Of a stretch of 64,000 nucleotides of DNA, positions 45,810 through 54,602 are shown piece by piece. How positions within the stretch are numbered: the stretch's first letter is position 1; each line of letters begins with the position of its first letter. Position numbers and translations under genes: made by a program. The DNA is from Myxococcales bacterium (lineage in GTDB: Bacteria > Myxococcota_A > UBA9042), in the NCBI GenBank assembly GCA_947499075.1, contig CANMNA010000002.1:1287-65286 (forward strand), in the 5' to 3' direction. Under the pieces are notes generated by a model. That model saw only the letters and a list, made by a program, of their open reading frames with translations, was not told where the DNA came from and ran no database searches.

Positions 45810-46766
45810 TCAGGTCGCCGGTTTGGCGGCAACAGTCGGCACTGGTTGCTTGCGGAACAACGACTCACCGGCGATGAGGATCACGCCAACGGTGATGCCA
45901 ATGTCGGCTACGTTGTAGACGGGCCAGCCGTGGGTCTTGCCGTCGATGATAATGAAGTTGTAGATGAAATCCATGACGACATGGTAATGCAGGCGATCCA
46001 CGACGTTGCCGACGGCGCCACCTAAAATGCCAGCCAACGCATACGATGACATGGCCGAGCCGAGTTGTCCTTTCCACAGCCACCACGACAGTGCCAGCGC
46101 CGCCAAACTCGAGATGACGGTAAACAGCAAGTGGCGCACCAGCGGCGGCGCGTCGGACAAAAAGCTGAACGCGGCCCCCGGGTTCTCGGCGTAGACAAAG
46201 TGAAACCACTTGGGGATCAACACGATCTGGCGCTCCATGACCGCCAGCGCTTGCCCCTCGGCCAGCGGCTTGTCCAGCGCGATGCCCTCGTCGGCCGGCT
46301 GCCAAGCCGTCTCGAGCAAGCCCTGTACGGTGCTTGGGTCGATGCGCCACACGTCGGCGATGACCTGCTGCAGTGGCTTGCCCAGATCACGGGGGCGCAG
46401 GTGCAGCGCCCGCGGGTTGGCAAAACCGGTGCCGTCGCTGACGACGATCTCACGGCCGACCTGATCGGCTGTGACTGCAGCAGTGCCCTGCCACTTGCCG
46501 CGCTGCAGCCGGACCAGTGCCATGTTATCTTTAATTTTTTGCGCTTCCTGACCGTCAATGCCACGCGCCGCCAGCAGTGCCGCCACACTCTGACCCGCCG
46601 CCGCATGCAGCAGCATCGGGTGGACGGGACTCGCCAGGTTGTCGGTCGCCCACGCCTTGGTGCCGAGATCGCCCGCGACCACCAGCAACGCGAAACCAAA
46701 CAGCAGCGCCGGGCGCATGTGGCGGGGCCGTGCCGGTAAGATGTCTTGTGATTCTAAGATGTTCAT
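45810..46766 (-). CDS. lspA: Lipoprotein signal peptidase II with a ~190-aa periplasmic insertion
   Basis: The C-terminal part has NPGAAFSF, LGGAVGNVVDRL and VYNVADIGI motifs. The ATG at 46766 is followed by TM1 (LLFGFALLVVAGDLGTK). A long non-LspA segment lies between TM1 and the NPGAAFSF region. Confidence 0.7.
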   Translation of the reverse strand: MNILESQDILPARPRHMRPALLFGFALLVVAGDLGTKAWATDNLASPVHPMLLHAAAGQSVAALLAARGIDGQEAQKIKDNMALVRLQRGKWQGTAAVTADQVGREIVVSDGTGFANPRALHLRPRDLGKPLQQVIADVWRIDPSTVQGLLETAWQPADEGIALDKPLAEGQALAVMERQIVLIPKWFHFVYAENPGAAFSFLSDAPPLVRHLLFTVISSLAALALSWWLWKGQLGSAMSSYALAGILGGAVGNVVDRLHYHVVMDFIYNFIIIDGKTHGWPVYNVADIGITVGVILIAGESLFRKQPVPTVAAKPAT

Positions 46767-46943
46767 GGCGTGATCGGGTTGCCTCAGGCGGTGACCAAGG
46801 GGGCAAAATTGTAAAACCAATCGCCGGTTGCCGTCAACGCATTTCTGCGGCGAGCACGCGGCCTCCAACACCACTGGCGTCGCCACATTCCCAAGCGAGC
46901 CAGCGTGCTTTTTCAGCCTCGAAAGTGCTAGCTTAGGCGCTCG

Positions 46944-47924
46944 GTGCCGCCGCGCCTGTGCCCCAACACCGTGCCAACCACTCCAGTCGTCAGCACATTG
47001 GCCATCGAGACAGGCGCGATCTGTCCCCACCCTTGGCCGCGCTTGGTGTGCCCCCTGTGCGGGCCAGCGGCCGAGCCCAACCTGACCGGCCGGATGGCCC
47101 ACAGCGCCGACGCAGCGACGGTCGCCGTGCTGGTCCAGCAGGCACTGCGCCTGCATCCGCAAAGTGTGGTGCTGCGCGGCGGCGAGACGTTGCTGCGCGA
47201 AGAGGCGCTGCAGATTCTGGCGATGGTCCGCGCTGGCAGCGTGGTTCAGTTGGCGGTGTGGACAGCCGGGCCTCTGCTGGCCCGGCCGGGACTAGCGGAC
47301 GCCGTGCGCAGCGCAGGTGCCACTGATGTCGCAGTCGTGCTGTTTGGCGAGACCGCGGCGGGCCATGATTATGTTGCGCAAACCCCTGGCCATTTCCAGC
47401 GGACGCTGGCGGGCGTGCAACTGGCTCGGCGCGCCGGGCTGCGCGTGCAAGCGGTGGTGCCGGTGCTGCGGCCAAGTTTTCGCGGGCTATCCGCGCTGGT
47501 GCAAAAGGCCGTGCCAGCTGGGATCGGCGCGCTGCGATTTTGGGTGCCACCGGGACCGGACCGGCCCGATCATCCGTTGCTGGCGCCGCTGCCGATGGTG
47601 GCGCCGTACCTGCAGGCGGCGCTGCATCTGGCGCGGACTGCCAACTTGGTGGTGCAGGTCGACGGGGTGCCGGCGTGCCAGCTCGGCCTGCACGCTTCGC
47701 TGGCCGATGCTGCGCACGCGGCGATCGCCGCCAGCTCGCCCGCAGACGATCCGCCTGAGTTTGGGTCACCTTGTGGCGCATGCACCTGGGGGTCGCGCTG
47801 TGTCGGCGTGCCGGCATCGCGGGTCAAGGCCCACGGCTGGGTCGGCGTCGCCGCCCGCAGCGACCCGCCAGCGTCTGCCAACTTGCCGGCGCTTGTGCCG
47901 GCCGGCGCAGTCAAATCGGACTAG
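46944..47924 (+). CDS. Radical-SAM-fold protein with a non-canonical Cys motif (C-x8-C-x2-C) and a C-terminal twitch/SPASM-like CxxC...C
   Basis: The spacing from CPLCG to LRGGETLL (39 aa) matches the spacing from CxxxCxxC to GGE in the neighbouring rSAM genes. The C-terminus carries SPCGACTWGSRC. The start is GTG. Confidence 0.45.
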   Translation: MPPRLCPNTVPTTPVVSTLAIETGAICPHPWPRLVCPLCGPAAEPNLTGRMAHSADAATVAVLVQQALRLHPQSVVLRGGETLLREEALQILAMVRAGSVVQLAVWTAGPLLARPGLADAVRSAGATDVAVVLFGETAAGHDYVAQTPGHFQRTLAGVQLARRAGLRVQAVVPVLRPSFRGLSALVQKAVPAGIGALRFWVPPGPDRPDHPLLAPLPMVAPYLQAALHLARTANLVVQVDGVPACQLGLHASLADAAHAAIAASSPADDPPEFGSPCGACTWGSRCVGVPASRVKAHGWVGVAARSDPPASANLPALVPAGAVKSD

Positions 47925-47948
47925 TTTGGTCTGGTTTGGACTGCAGGC

Positions 47949-50003
47949 GTGCAACGCGCGGCACTTTCTGCGATGCTGCCCGCAGCGACTGGCACCCGAC
48001 CCCTCGGTGCGATCGCCCAAACGTGCATGGCCAACCCTACAGACACCTTGAGCCTAAGTATCGACGGCATCGACATCGATGATCTGGTGCGTCAGGGCAT
48101 CTTGAACCGCGATGAAGCCTTGGCGCTGGCGTCCAGCCACCAAAACGAGACGGGGACCGCGCGGTTAGAGGCGATGCCCCAGACCGCGGGCGACACCAGC
48201 GACAGCGAAAACAAGGATCTGGTCAAAGAAGCCGCCGCCCACCACAAGCGGCACTGGGTCCGCGTGACCCGGTTGTGCAACCAGCGCTGCACGTTTTGCC
48301 TGGACTCGATGAACCAAGACGGCACCATGATCGACGTCGAGTCGCTCAAGGCCTACATCCTGCTGGGTCGCAAAATGGGCCGCGAGCGCCTGATCCTGTC
48401 GGGCGGCGAGGCCAGCGTTCACCCCAAGTACATTGAGTTGATTCGCTACGGGCGGCAGGTCGGCTACGACTGGGTCCAAACTGTGACCAACGGCATGATG
48501 TTCAGCTACGGCCGGTTCGCCAAAGCGGCTGCCGAGGCGGGCCTGAACGAAGCCACCGTGTCGATGCACGGCCACACCGCGCAATTGCACGACAAGCTGA
48601 CGGGCACCCCCGGCGCGTTCGTGACCGGCATCAAGGGCATCACCAACTTGCAGGCCACCGGCAAGGTCGTGGTCAACGTCGATGTGGTGATCAACAAGCA
48701 GAACTACAAGTATCTGCACGAAATCATTGGCTACTACTACAAGCTCGGCATCCGCGAGTTTGATCTTTTGCACATCGTGCCCTTTGGCCGCGGCTTTGAT
48801 GAGCACCGCCATTCGCTGTTTTTCGACTTGAACGACGCGGTGCCCTACTTCCGCAAAGCGTTTCAGTGGGCCAACCAGCCCGATCTGTACATTTGGACCA
48901 ACCGCCTGCCGGTGACGTACTTGGAGGGTGCCGAGCGTCTGATTCAGGATCCGCACAAGTTGGCCAGCGAGTTTGACGGCGGCCGCCACAATTTTGAGGG
49001 CTTTCTCAAAAAGGGCCTCAAGCCCGATTGTCACGGCGAGCGCTGCGACTACTGCTTTTTGGACGGCCCGTGCCGCCAGACCATGTTTCCGTACCGCGAG
49101 ATGCTGCAAGCGGGCACTTTTCCCAACCTACGGCTCGACAGCCAGCAAGGATGGGCGGGCACGCTGGCCCAGGACAAATTTGCGGCCCAGCATCCGCAGC
49201 GCGTGGTGCTCAGCGCGCCCTCGGGTACCGAAGCTGTTCAGGCTGTGGACCAATTGGGATTTGCCGATGTGCCGGTCACGGTGCGGCTCGCTGCCGGCGC
49301 GCGCTGGGAGCCTTTGTTTGGCCGGCCGACCGGTCGGCAGGTCGATCGGCTAGCGGTCAGTACCTTGGCCGACGCCCATGCGGCGCTGGTCGGCGCGACC
49401 GCGGTGCCTGCGCCCACCATCGTACAGATCGACCTCGACCAGTTGGTGGCGCAGTGGCTGCTGCAGCACCCCGAAGTGGCGCAAGCGGCAGGCGACCGGT
49501 TGGTGGCGATGCTGCCCAACCACGAGACGCTGTCGGCTTCTAAGGACAATGACCCCAGTCCCCAAACGCTGCGGCAGCTGGCGGCGCAGGGCATCCGGCT
49601 CAAAAACGTGCCCAAGTGTGTGGCGGGCGCCGAGACTGAGCCGGGCGATCACAACACGCTGCACGCCAATCTGCTCGACGCTGCCGGCGATCTGAGCCTG
49701 GATCGCTATGTGCAACACTATGTTGCGCAAGAGTATTATGCCAAGAGCGTGCGCTGTGGGCTGTGTGCTGAAGCCGATCGCTGCAAGGGCCTGCACATCA
49801 ACTACGTGCGCAATTTTGGCTTTGCCCAGATGACGCCGCTTGATGCCGATGGTGTGCCAATTGCCGATGCGGCCGGCTTTGATCAGTTGACCGATCGCCT
49901 CAAAGAGGCCAACGCCGCGCGGTCCAAGCGCGAGCAGCAAAAGGTCTACGGCCTGCACAAGCCGCTGGTTGCTACCGAATTGTCGATCGGGCGCCAGGCG
50001 TAG
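47949..50003 (+). CDS. Radical SAM enzyme (CNQRCTFC) with a ~95-aa N-terminal extension and a ~280-aa C-terminal Cys-containing domain
   Basis: CxxxCxxC and GGE are present with rSAM core spacing. A TGTPG motif is shared with the next gene. The C-terminal segment contains CGLCAEADRC. Alternative ATG at 48027. Confidence 0.7.
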   Translation: MQRAALSAMLPAATGTRPLGAIAQTCMANPTDTLSLSIDGIDIDDLVRQGILNRDEALALASSHQNETGTARLEAMPQTAGDTSDSENKDLVKEAAAHHKRHWVRVTRLCNQRCTFCLDSMNQDGTMIDVESLKAYILLGRKMGRERLILSGGEASVHPKYIELIRYGRQVGYDWVQTVTNGMMFSYGRFAKAAAEAGLNEATVSMHGHTAQLHDKLTGTPGAFVTGIKGITNLQATGKVVVNVDVVINKQNYKYLHEIIGYYYKLGIREFDLLHIVPFGRGFDEHRHSLFFDLNDAVPYFRKAFQWANQPDLYIWTNRLPVTYLEGAERLIQDPHKLASEFDGGRHNFEGFLKKGLKPDCHGERCDYCFLDGPCRQTMFPYREMLQAGTFPNLRLDSQQGWAGTLAQDKFAAQHPQRVVLSAPSGTEAVQAVDQLGFADVPVTVRLAAGARWEPLFGRPTGRQVDRLAVSTLADAHAALVGATAVPAPTIVQIDLDQLVAQWLLQHPEVAQAAGDRLVAMLPNHETLSASKDNDPSPQTLRQLAAQGIRLKNVPKCVAGAETEPGDHNTLHANLLDAAGDLSLDRYVQHYVAQEYYAKSVRCGLCAEADRCKGLHINYVRNFGFAQMTPLDADGVPIADAAGFDQLTDRLKEANAARSKREQQKVYGLHKPLVATELSIGRQA

Positions 50004-50015
50004 GGGCGGGCACAG

Positions 50016-51284
50016 ATGGCCAACATCGGCTACATCCAAATGGTTCGCCACTGTAACCAGAATTGCGGGTTTTGTAGCAACCCGGAGACGCCGTTTTTTC
50101 ACGATCTTGGTCAAGTCCATCAAATCGTAGATGACTTCGTGGCGCGCGACTATTTTGGCGTGATCATGACCGGCGGCGAGCCGACGCTGTCGCCCATCTT
50201 GCCCGACGCGATCCGCTATGCCCGCGAGCACGGTCTGCACGTGCGCATGATCACCAACGGCCAAAAACTCGCGGACTGGGACTACTGTGAATCGCTGTGG
50301 AAAGCCGGGCTGCAGCACGTCCACGTCTCGATCCACAGTTACAAGCACAAGCTCGAAGATTTTCTGACCGGCACGCCAGGTTCGCTGGCTTGGGCTGAAA
50401 AAGCTTTGGAAAATCTGGGCAAGACCGACATCGCGGTCAACATCAACACGGTCATCAACCGCTACAACTGCGATCACTTGCACGAGACGATCGACTGGTT
50501 TATCGAGAAATTTCCCTTTATTCGGCACTTTGTGTGGAACAACCTCGATCCGTCGATCGGTCGGGCTACGACCAACAACTACTTTACGGCGCGGCTGGGC
50601 GACATCGAAGTCAGCCTGAGCCAAGCCATGCGCCGCCTGCACCAGACTGGACGCAGCTTTCGGGTCGAGCGGGTGCCACTGTGCTATATGGCTGAATTTG
50701 CACATTGTTCGACTGAGACCCGCAAGATCGTCAAGAGCGAAGAGCGCATCGTGCACTTCCTGGACAACAAGGGCACGGTGCGCCAGACCGAGTGGGGCCA
50801 CCTGTATGCCGATGTCTGCGCTGCCTGCAGCCTGCGTGCGATCTGCGGCGGCCTATTTGATCGCGGCGATGCTTATGATCCCAAAGAGCTTTCTCCGGTA
50901 TTTGTCGATGCCCGGCCGATCGTGCAGCGCATCGTCAACGACTTGCAAAGCGACCCGGCGTGGCGGGTGGCCAAGTTCAAGAATTTGGCAACTTTGCCGG
51001 CTGCGCACCAAGGTCGCTCCGATCAAGGCGAATACCGCGCTGGCAAGGTGCAGGCACCCAGCGGCGATCGGTTGGTCGAGCCTGCCTTTGATCCGCGACG
51101 CCGCAGCGATGCGACGGCCAAAGACTGGACACCAGGAGAGAATTGGCATCCAGCTGACGATGAAGACGAAGTCGACGTCGGTCTGGCCGTGCCCGCTGAG
51201 CCTGTGGCGACCGCCAAGCTTGCTGTGTCACGATTGCGTCTTGGCGGCCGCCTTGGCCTTGAAACCAGCGCCGACCTCAAGTAG
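50016..51284 (+). CDS. Radical SAM enzyme (CNQNCGFC), a paralogue of the preceding gene, with SPASM/twitch-like CAACSLRAIC
   Basis: CxxxCxxC, TGGEP and TGTPG motifs are present. There is a 12-nt gap from the upstream gene. Confidence 0.7.
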   Translation: MANIGYIQMVRHCNQNCGFCSNPETPFFHDLGQVHQIVDDFVARDYFGVIMTGGEPTLSPILPDAIRYAREHGLHVRMITNGQKLADWDYCESLWKAGLQHVHVSIHSYKHKLEDFLTGTPGSLAWAEKALENLGKTDIAVNINTVINRYNCDHLHETIDWFIEKFPFIRHFVWNNLDPSIGRATTNNYFTARLGDIEVSLSQAMRRLHQTGRSFRVERVPLCYMAEFAHCSTETRKIVKSEERIVHFLDNKGTVRQTEWGHLYADVCAACSLRAICGGLFDRGDAYDPKELSPVFVDARPIVQRIVNDLQSDPAWRVAKFKNLATLPAAHQGRSDQGEYRAGKVQAPSGDRLVEPAFDPRRRSDATAKDWTPGENWHPADDEDEVDVGLAVPAEPVATAKLAVSRLRLGGRLGLETSADLK

Positions 51285-51328
51285 AAGCCGCACACCCCGC
51301 CGCCCCTGACTGTGGAGCATTTTTTGCC

Positions 51329-51802
51329 ATGAGCCTACCCCATATCGAGAACCTGGACGCCGCCGCGAGCCGCATGACACTGGCTCTGGACATCGGCCTG
51401 TACCCCACCGACGTGCTGTACGGCGCGGCCTACATCTTCATCGACCGCGCCTACGTGCTGTTGGACAAAGATGAAGGCGAGGGCCGCTCAGGTCGCTACT
51501 TGGTCCACCTGCGCGGCAAGACGGCGCTGTCTGAAGATCAGCTGCGCGCGCTTTCCGGCGAATTCGCCAACGAACTGCTGAGCCAAGCGCTGCGGCGCAA
51601 AGTCGTCAAAGCCAATCAGAAAATCATTGAAGAGATCGCGACCCAAGCGATCTCGGGCGCGGCTGGCGGCTCGCTGCCCAACGACTTTCTGGCGGCAGAC
51701 GACGACGGTCTGGATTTCTTGGACGATCCGCTCGGCATTGCGGTGCCGTGGGAAGAGAAGTTTAAGAAAAAGAAAGACGAACCGGCTGGCGATAAAGCGT
51801 AG
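51329..51802 (+). CDS. Hypothetical cytoplasmic protein (157 aa) in the rSAM cluster
   Basis: No signal peptide or Cys motifs are present. An acidic C-terminus is followed by a KKKK tail. Any HxsD-like relationship is speculative. Confidence 0.4.
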   Translation: MSLPHIENLDAAASRMTLALDIGLYPTDVLYGAAYIFIDRAYVLLDKDEGEGRSGRYLVHLRGKTALSEDQLRALSGEFANELLSQALRRKVVKANQKIIEEIATQAISGAAGGSLPNDFLAADDDGLDFLDDPLGIAVPWEEKFKKKKDEPAGDKA

Positions 51803-51811
51803 GGGGCGACC

Positions 51812-52057
51812 ATGAGCGAGACGACGCCAACTGCGCCTGTGGTGATAAAGCTCCATCGGGCGCTGTACATGCAGCAAGCGATCAAGGATGCCGCGGAAAC
51901 GTTTGCTGATTTCGCGAGCTTTTCGATCAAGCGTGACGGCGGGCACTACGCGGTCGCCATGACCGACATTTCGACCGAGTCCGATGGCGATGTCGTCGCC
52001 GAGTTTTGCAACTTCGCGCTGTTCAACACCATGCAACGCAAGCGCAAACGCCTGTAG
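51812..52057 (+). CDS. Hypothetical small protein (81 aa), possible RRE/PqqD-like or precursor partner
   Basis: It lies 9 nt after the preceding ORF. The C-terminus SDGDVVAEFCNFALFNT resembles a PqqD C-terminal helix. Confidence in this resemblance is low. Confidence 0.35.
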   Translation: MSETTPTAPVVIKLHRALYMQQAIKDAAETFADFASFSIKRDGGHYAVAMTDISTESDGDVVAEFCNFALFNTMQRKRKRL

Positions 52058-52111
52058 CCGCTCCATTGTACTGCTCTTGGTCCGTACCAACGCCCCCACT
52101 GTGAGGTTTGC

Positions 52112-53611
52112 GTGCAACTGTCTGATGTCGTAACGCTTGGCAAAGTCAAAGCCGATGCGCTGGTGCCGTTCAACCACCGCTGGGTCGGCAACCGCTTTCT
52201 GATTTCGAATGACTTGGGCGACCACCTGTTCGTGACGCCAGATGAGCTGCGCACCTATGTCGAAGGGCGGACCGTGCCGGGCGAGACGCTGCACGAGCAG
52301 CTGATGGCCAAGAATTTTCTGGCCGCTGGCGTCAACATCCAGGTCGAGGCGGCGCGGTGGCGGCGCAAGCGCAGCTTTCTGTTCTACGGCCCAACGTTGC
52401 ACGCTTTCGTGTTGACCCACCGCTGCAACCACGGCTGCCAGTACTGCCACAGCAGCATCGTCGGCATGGAGCGCACCGACACCGACATGTCGATCGAGAC
52501 GGCAGAGCGCGCGGTCGATCTGGTGTTTCAGACCACAAGCCCCGGCGTGACCATCGAGTTTCAGGGCGGCGAGCCGCTGGCGAACTGGGAGGTTTTGCAG
52601 CACATCGTCGAGTATTCGCGCCAGAAGAATGCCCTTGCCGGCAAAGCGCTGTCGTTCTCGCTGGTGACCAACTTGAGCCTGATGGACGACGAAAAGCTCG
52701 ACTACCTGCTCGACCGCAAGGTGCAGTTGTGCACCTCGCTCGATGGTCCGGCCGACTTGCACGACAAGATCCGCATCTACAAGCAGGGCTCGTCGCACGA
52801 GCTGGTGACCGGGTGGATGCGCAAAATCAATCAGCGTTACAAGGATATGGGGCTAGATCCGAATCTGTACCGCGTCGAAGCCTTGCCCACGATAACGCGG
52901 CCGGCTTTGGGTCGTTGGAAGGACGTGGTCGATACCTACATTGATGTTGGGTGCCGCGCGGTGTTTCTGCGCAAGCTCGATCCGTTTGGGTTTGCGGCGC
53001 GCTCGGCCAAGACGTTGGGCTACTCGATGGACGACTTCCTGACGTTTTACATCAACGCGGTCGAGTACATCCTCGAGCTCAACAAGCAGGGCACCCAAGT
53101 GATGGAGCGCCACGCGGCCATCATGCTGTCCAAGATCTTGGCCGATCAGGAGCCGAACTACCTGGACTTGCGGACGCCCGGCGGCGCTTGCATCGGCCAA
53201 ATGGGCTATGCCCCAGACGGCGCGATCTACAGCTCGGACGAAGGGCGGTTCGTGGCGGCGATGGGCGACGAGATGTTCCGCATCGGCGACGTCAACAGCA
53301 GCTACGTGCAGCTGATGACCAACGCGCAGACCCGCGCCTTGGTGATGGCGGGCATCAACGACGGCCAGCCCGACTGTGTCAACTGCACCTACAAGCCGTG
53401 GTGCGGGCAGCAGACTGAGTACAACTACAAGACCCAAGGCTCGCTGTCCGGGCGCATGCGCGACAGCGTGTGGTGCAAAAAGCACAAGTCGATTTTCGAC
53501 TACCTGATGGCCAAGGTCGAGAAGGCCGATCCGGTCGAGATGGCGATTTTTGAGCGGTGGACCACCAATCGGACGCTAGATCACTTTCTGCAGGAGCGCG
53601 GGGCGCTGTAG
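52112..53611 (+). CDS. Radical SAM / SPASM-domain enzyme (CNHGCQYC ... CVNCTYKPWCG) with a ~100-aa N-terminal extension
   Basis: CxxxCxxC and FQGGEP are present. C-terminal SPASM Cys clusters are GGACIGQ and CVNCTYKPWC. The architecture is anSME/peptide-maturase-like. Confidence 0.75.
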   Translation: MQLSDVVTLGKVKADALVPFNHRWVGNRFLISNDLGDHLFVTPDELRTYVEGRTVPGETLHEQLMAKNFLAAGVNIQVEAARWRRKRSFLFYGPTLHAFVLTHRCNHGCQYCHSSIVGMERTDTDMSIETAERAVDLVFQTTSPGVTIEFQGGEPLANWEVLQHIVEYSRQKNALAGKALSFSLVTNLSLMDDEKLDYLLDRKVQLCTSLDGPADLHDKIRIYKQGSSHELVTGWMRKINQRYKDMGLDPNLYRVEALPTITRPALGRWKDVVDTYIDVGCRAVFLRKLDPFGFAARSAKTLGYSMDDFLTFYINAVEYILELNKQGTQVMERHAAIMLSKILADQEPNYLDLRTPGGACIGQMGYAPDGAIYSSDEGRFVAAMGDEMFRIGDVNSSYVQLMTNAQTRALVMAGINDGQPDCVNCTYKPWCGQQTEYNYKTQGSLSGRMRDSVWCKKHKSIFDYLMAKVEKADPVEMAIFERWTTNRTLDHFLQERGAL

Positions 53612-53683
53612 TCGCTGGCCAGACTAGACCAGACTAAGTATGTTTGCTAGATTGCCCCTGCGGCTCATTCGCCGGGCCTTGGG

Positions 53684-53932
53684 GTGGCCATGCAAACAGT
53701 CAACATGCTCGAGGCCAAATCGTCGCTGTCCAAGCTCGTTGCCGCTATCGAAAGCGGCGATGAGACAGAGGTGGTGCTCGCCCGCAATGGCCGACCCGTG
53801 GCCCGGATTGTGCCGCTCGCAGCATCTGCGGCAGGTGCCCGCATCGGCATTGCCAAGGGCCATTTTGTGGTGCCTGCGGGTCTCGACCGGCAAGACCCCG
53901 AGATGGTTGCCTTATTTGAAGAGGGCGCTTGA
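53684..53932 (+). CDS. vapB: Type II antitoxin (Phd/YefM- or VapB-type)
   Basis: It is 82 aa with N-terminus MQTVNMLEAKSSLSKLV. It overlaps the downstream PIN gene by 4 nt. Confidence 0.7.
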   Translation: MAMQTVNMLEAKSSLSKLVAAIESGDETEVVLARNGRPVARIVPLAASAAGARIGIAKGHFVVPAGLDRQDPEMVALFEEGA

Positions 53933-54315
53933 ACTACCTGCTCGATACCCACATGGCGATTTGGGCGATTGCCGACAGCCCAGAATTACCGCCAGCTGCC
54001 CGGGCAGCCATCGGTCACCCACGCAACCAGATTTGGGTCAGCGCCGCTTCGATTTGGGAAATCGCGATCAAGCACGCCAAGCGCCCTAGCGAGATGCCGA
54101 TTACCGGTCACCAAGCGTTGGCGTACTTTGCGGGGGCAGGCTTCACCCTGTTGCCGATTGAGGGGCTGCACGCCGCCGCTGTCGATGGACTGCCCGGGGT
54201 CCACCGCGACCCGTTTGACCGCCTTTTGGTGGCCCAAGCTGTTGCTGAGTCGCTTCAATTGCTGACCCATGATGGCCTGTTGGCGGCGTATGGCCCCAGC
54301 GTTAGCGTCGTGTAG
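53929..54315 (+). CDS. vapC: PIN-domain toxin VapC
   Basis: The TTG start overlaps the antitoxin stop. The PIN motif is LLDTHMAIW, with the acidic residues ...D...E...D. Confidence 0.75.
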   Translation: MNYLLDTHMAIWAIADSPELPPAARAAIGHPRNQIWVSAASIWEIAIKHAKRPSEMPITGHQALAYFAGAGFTLLPIEGLHAAAVDGLPGVHRDPFDRLLVAQAVAESLQLLTHDGLLAAYGPSVSVV

Positions 54316-54602
54316 CCAGGTGCCTATGAACGCAGGCGCTGGCAGCTCCTGCGGGATCCGATGCGCGCACCCCGCTTCTTGCCAAAATGGCAAGCTCTAC
54401 CCTTGCCGACGCCGCTAGTCTGACCGCTGCGCCGATCTGGCATGGCATCTCAACGGACGCATTCCAGAAGTTTCGAGCAGTTGTGCCCGAAGCGATCTGG
54501 CACAACCCTTGCTTATGGAACAACGGTGGGCCCGACCGCGTTTGCTGCGGCCGGTCGCCTCGCCCACCGTCGTTGCCCAAGTCGGGCTCAGGCCAGCTGC
54601 TG

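Noticed and set aside
51329-51802. Assignment of the 157-aa rSAM-cluster protein to the HxsD family
   Set aside because: Only a weak resemblance (ELLSQALRRK against the LLNDYxLRE-type motif), and no His-Xaa-Ser repeat protein is present. It is kept as hypothetical.
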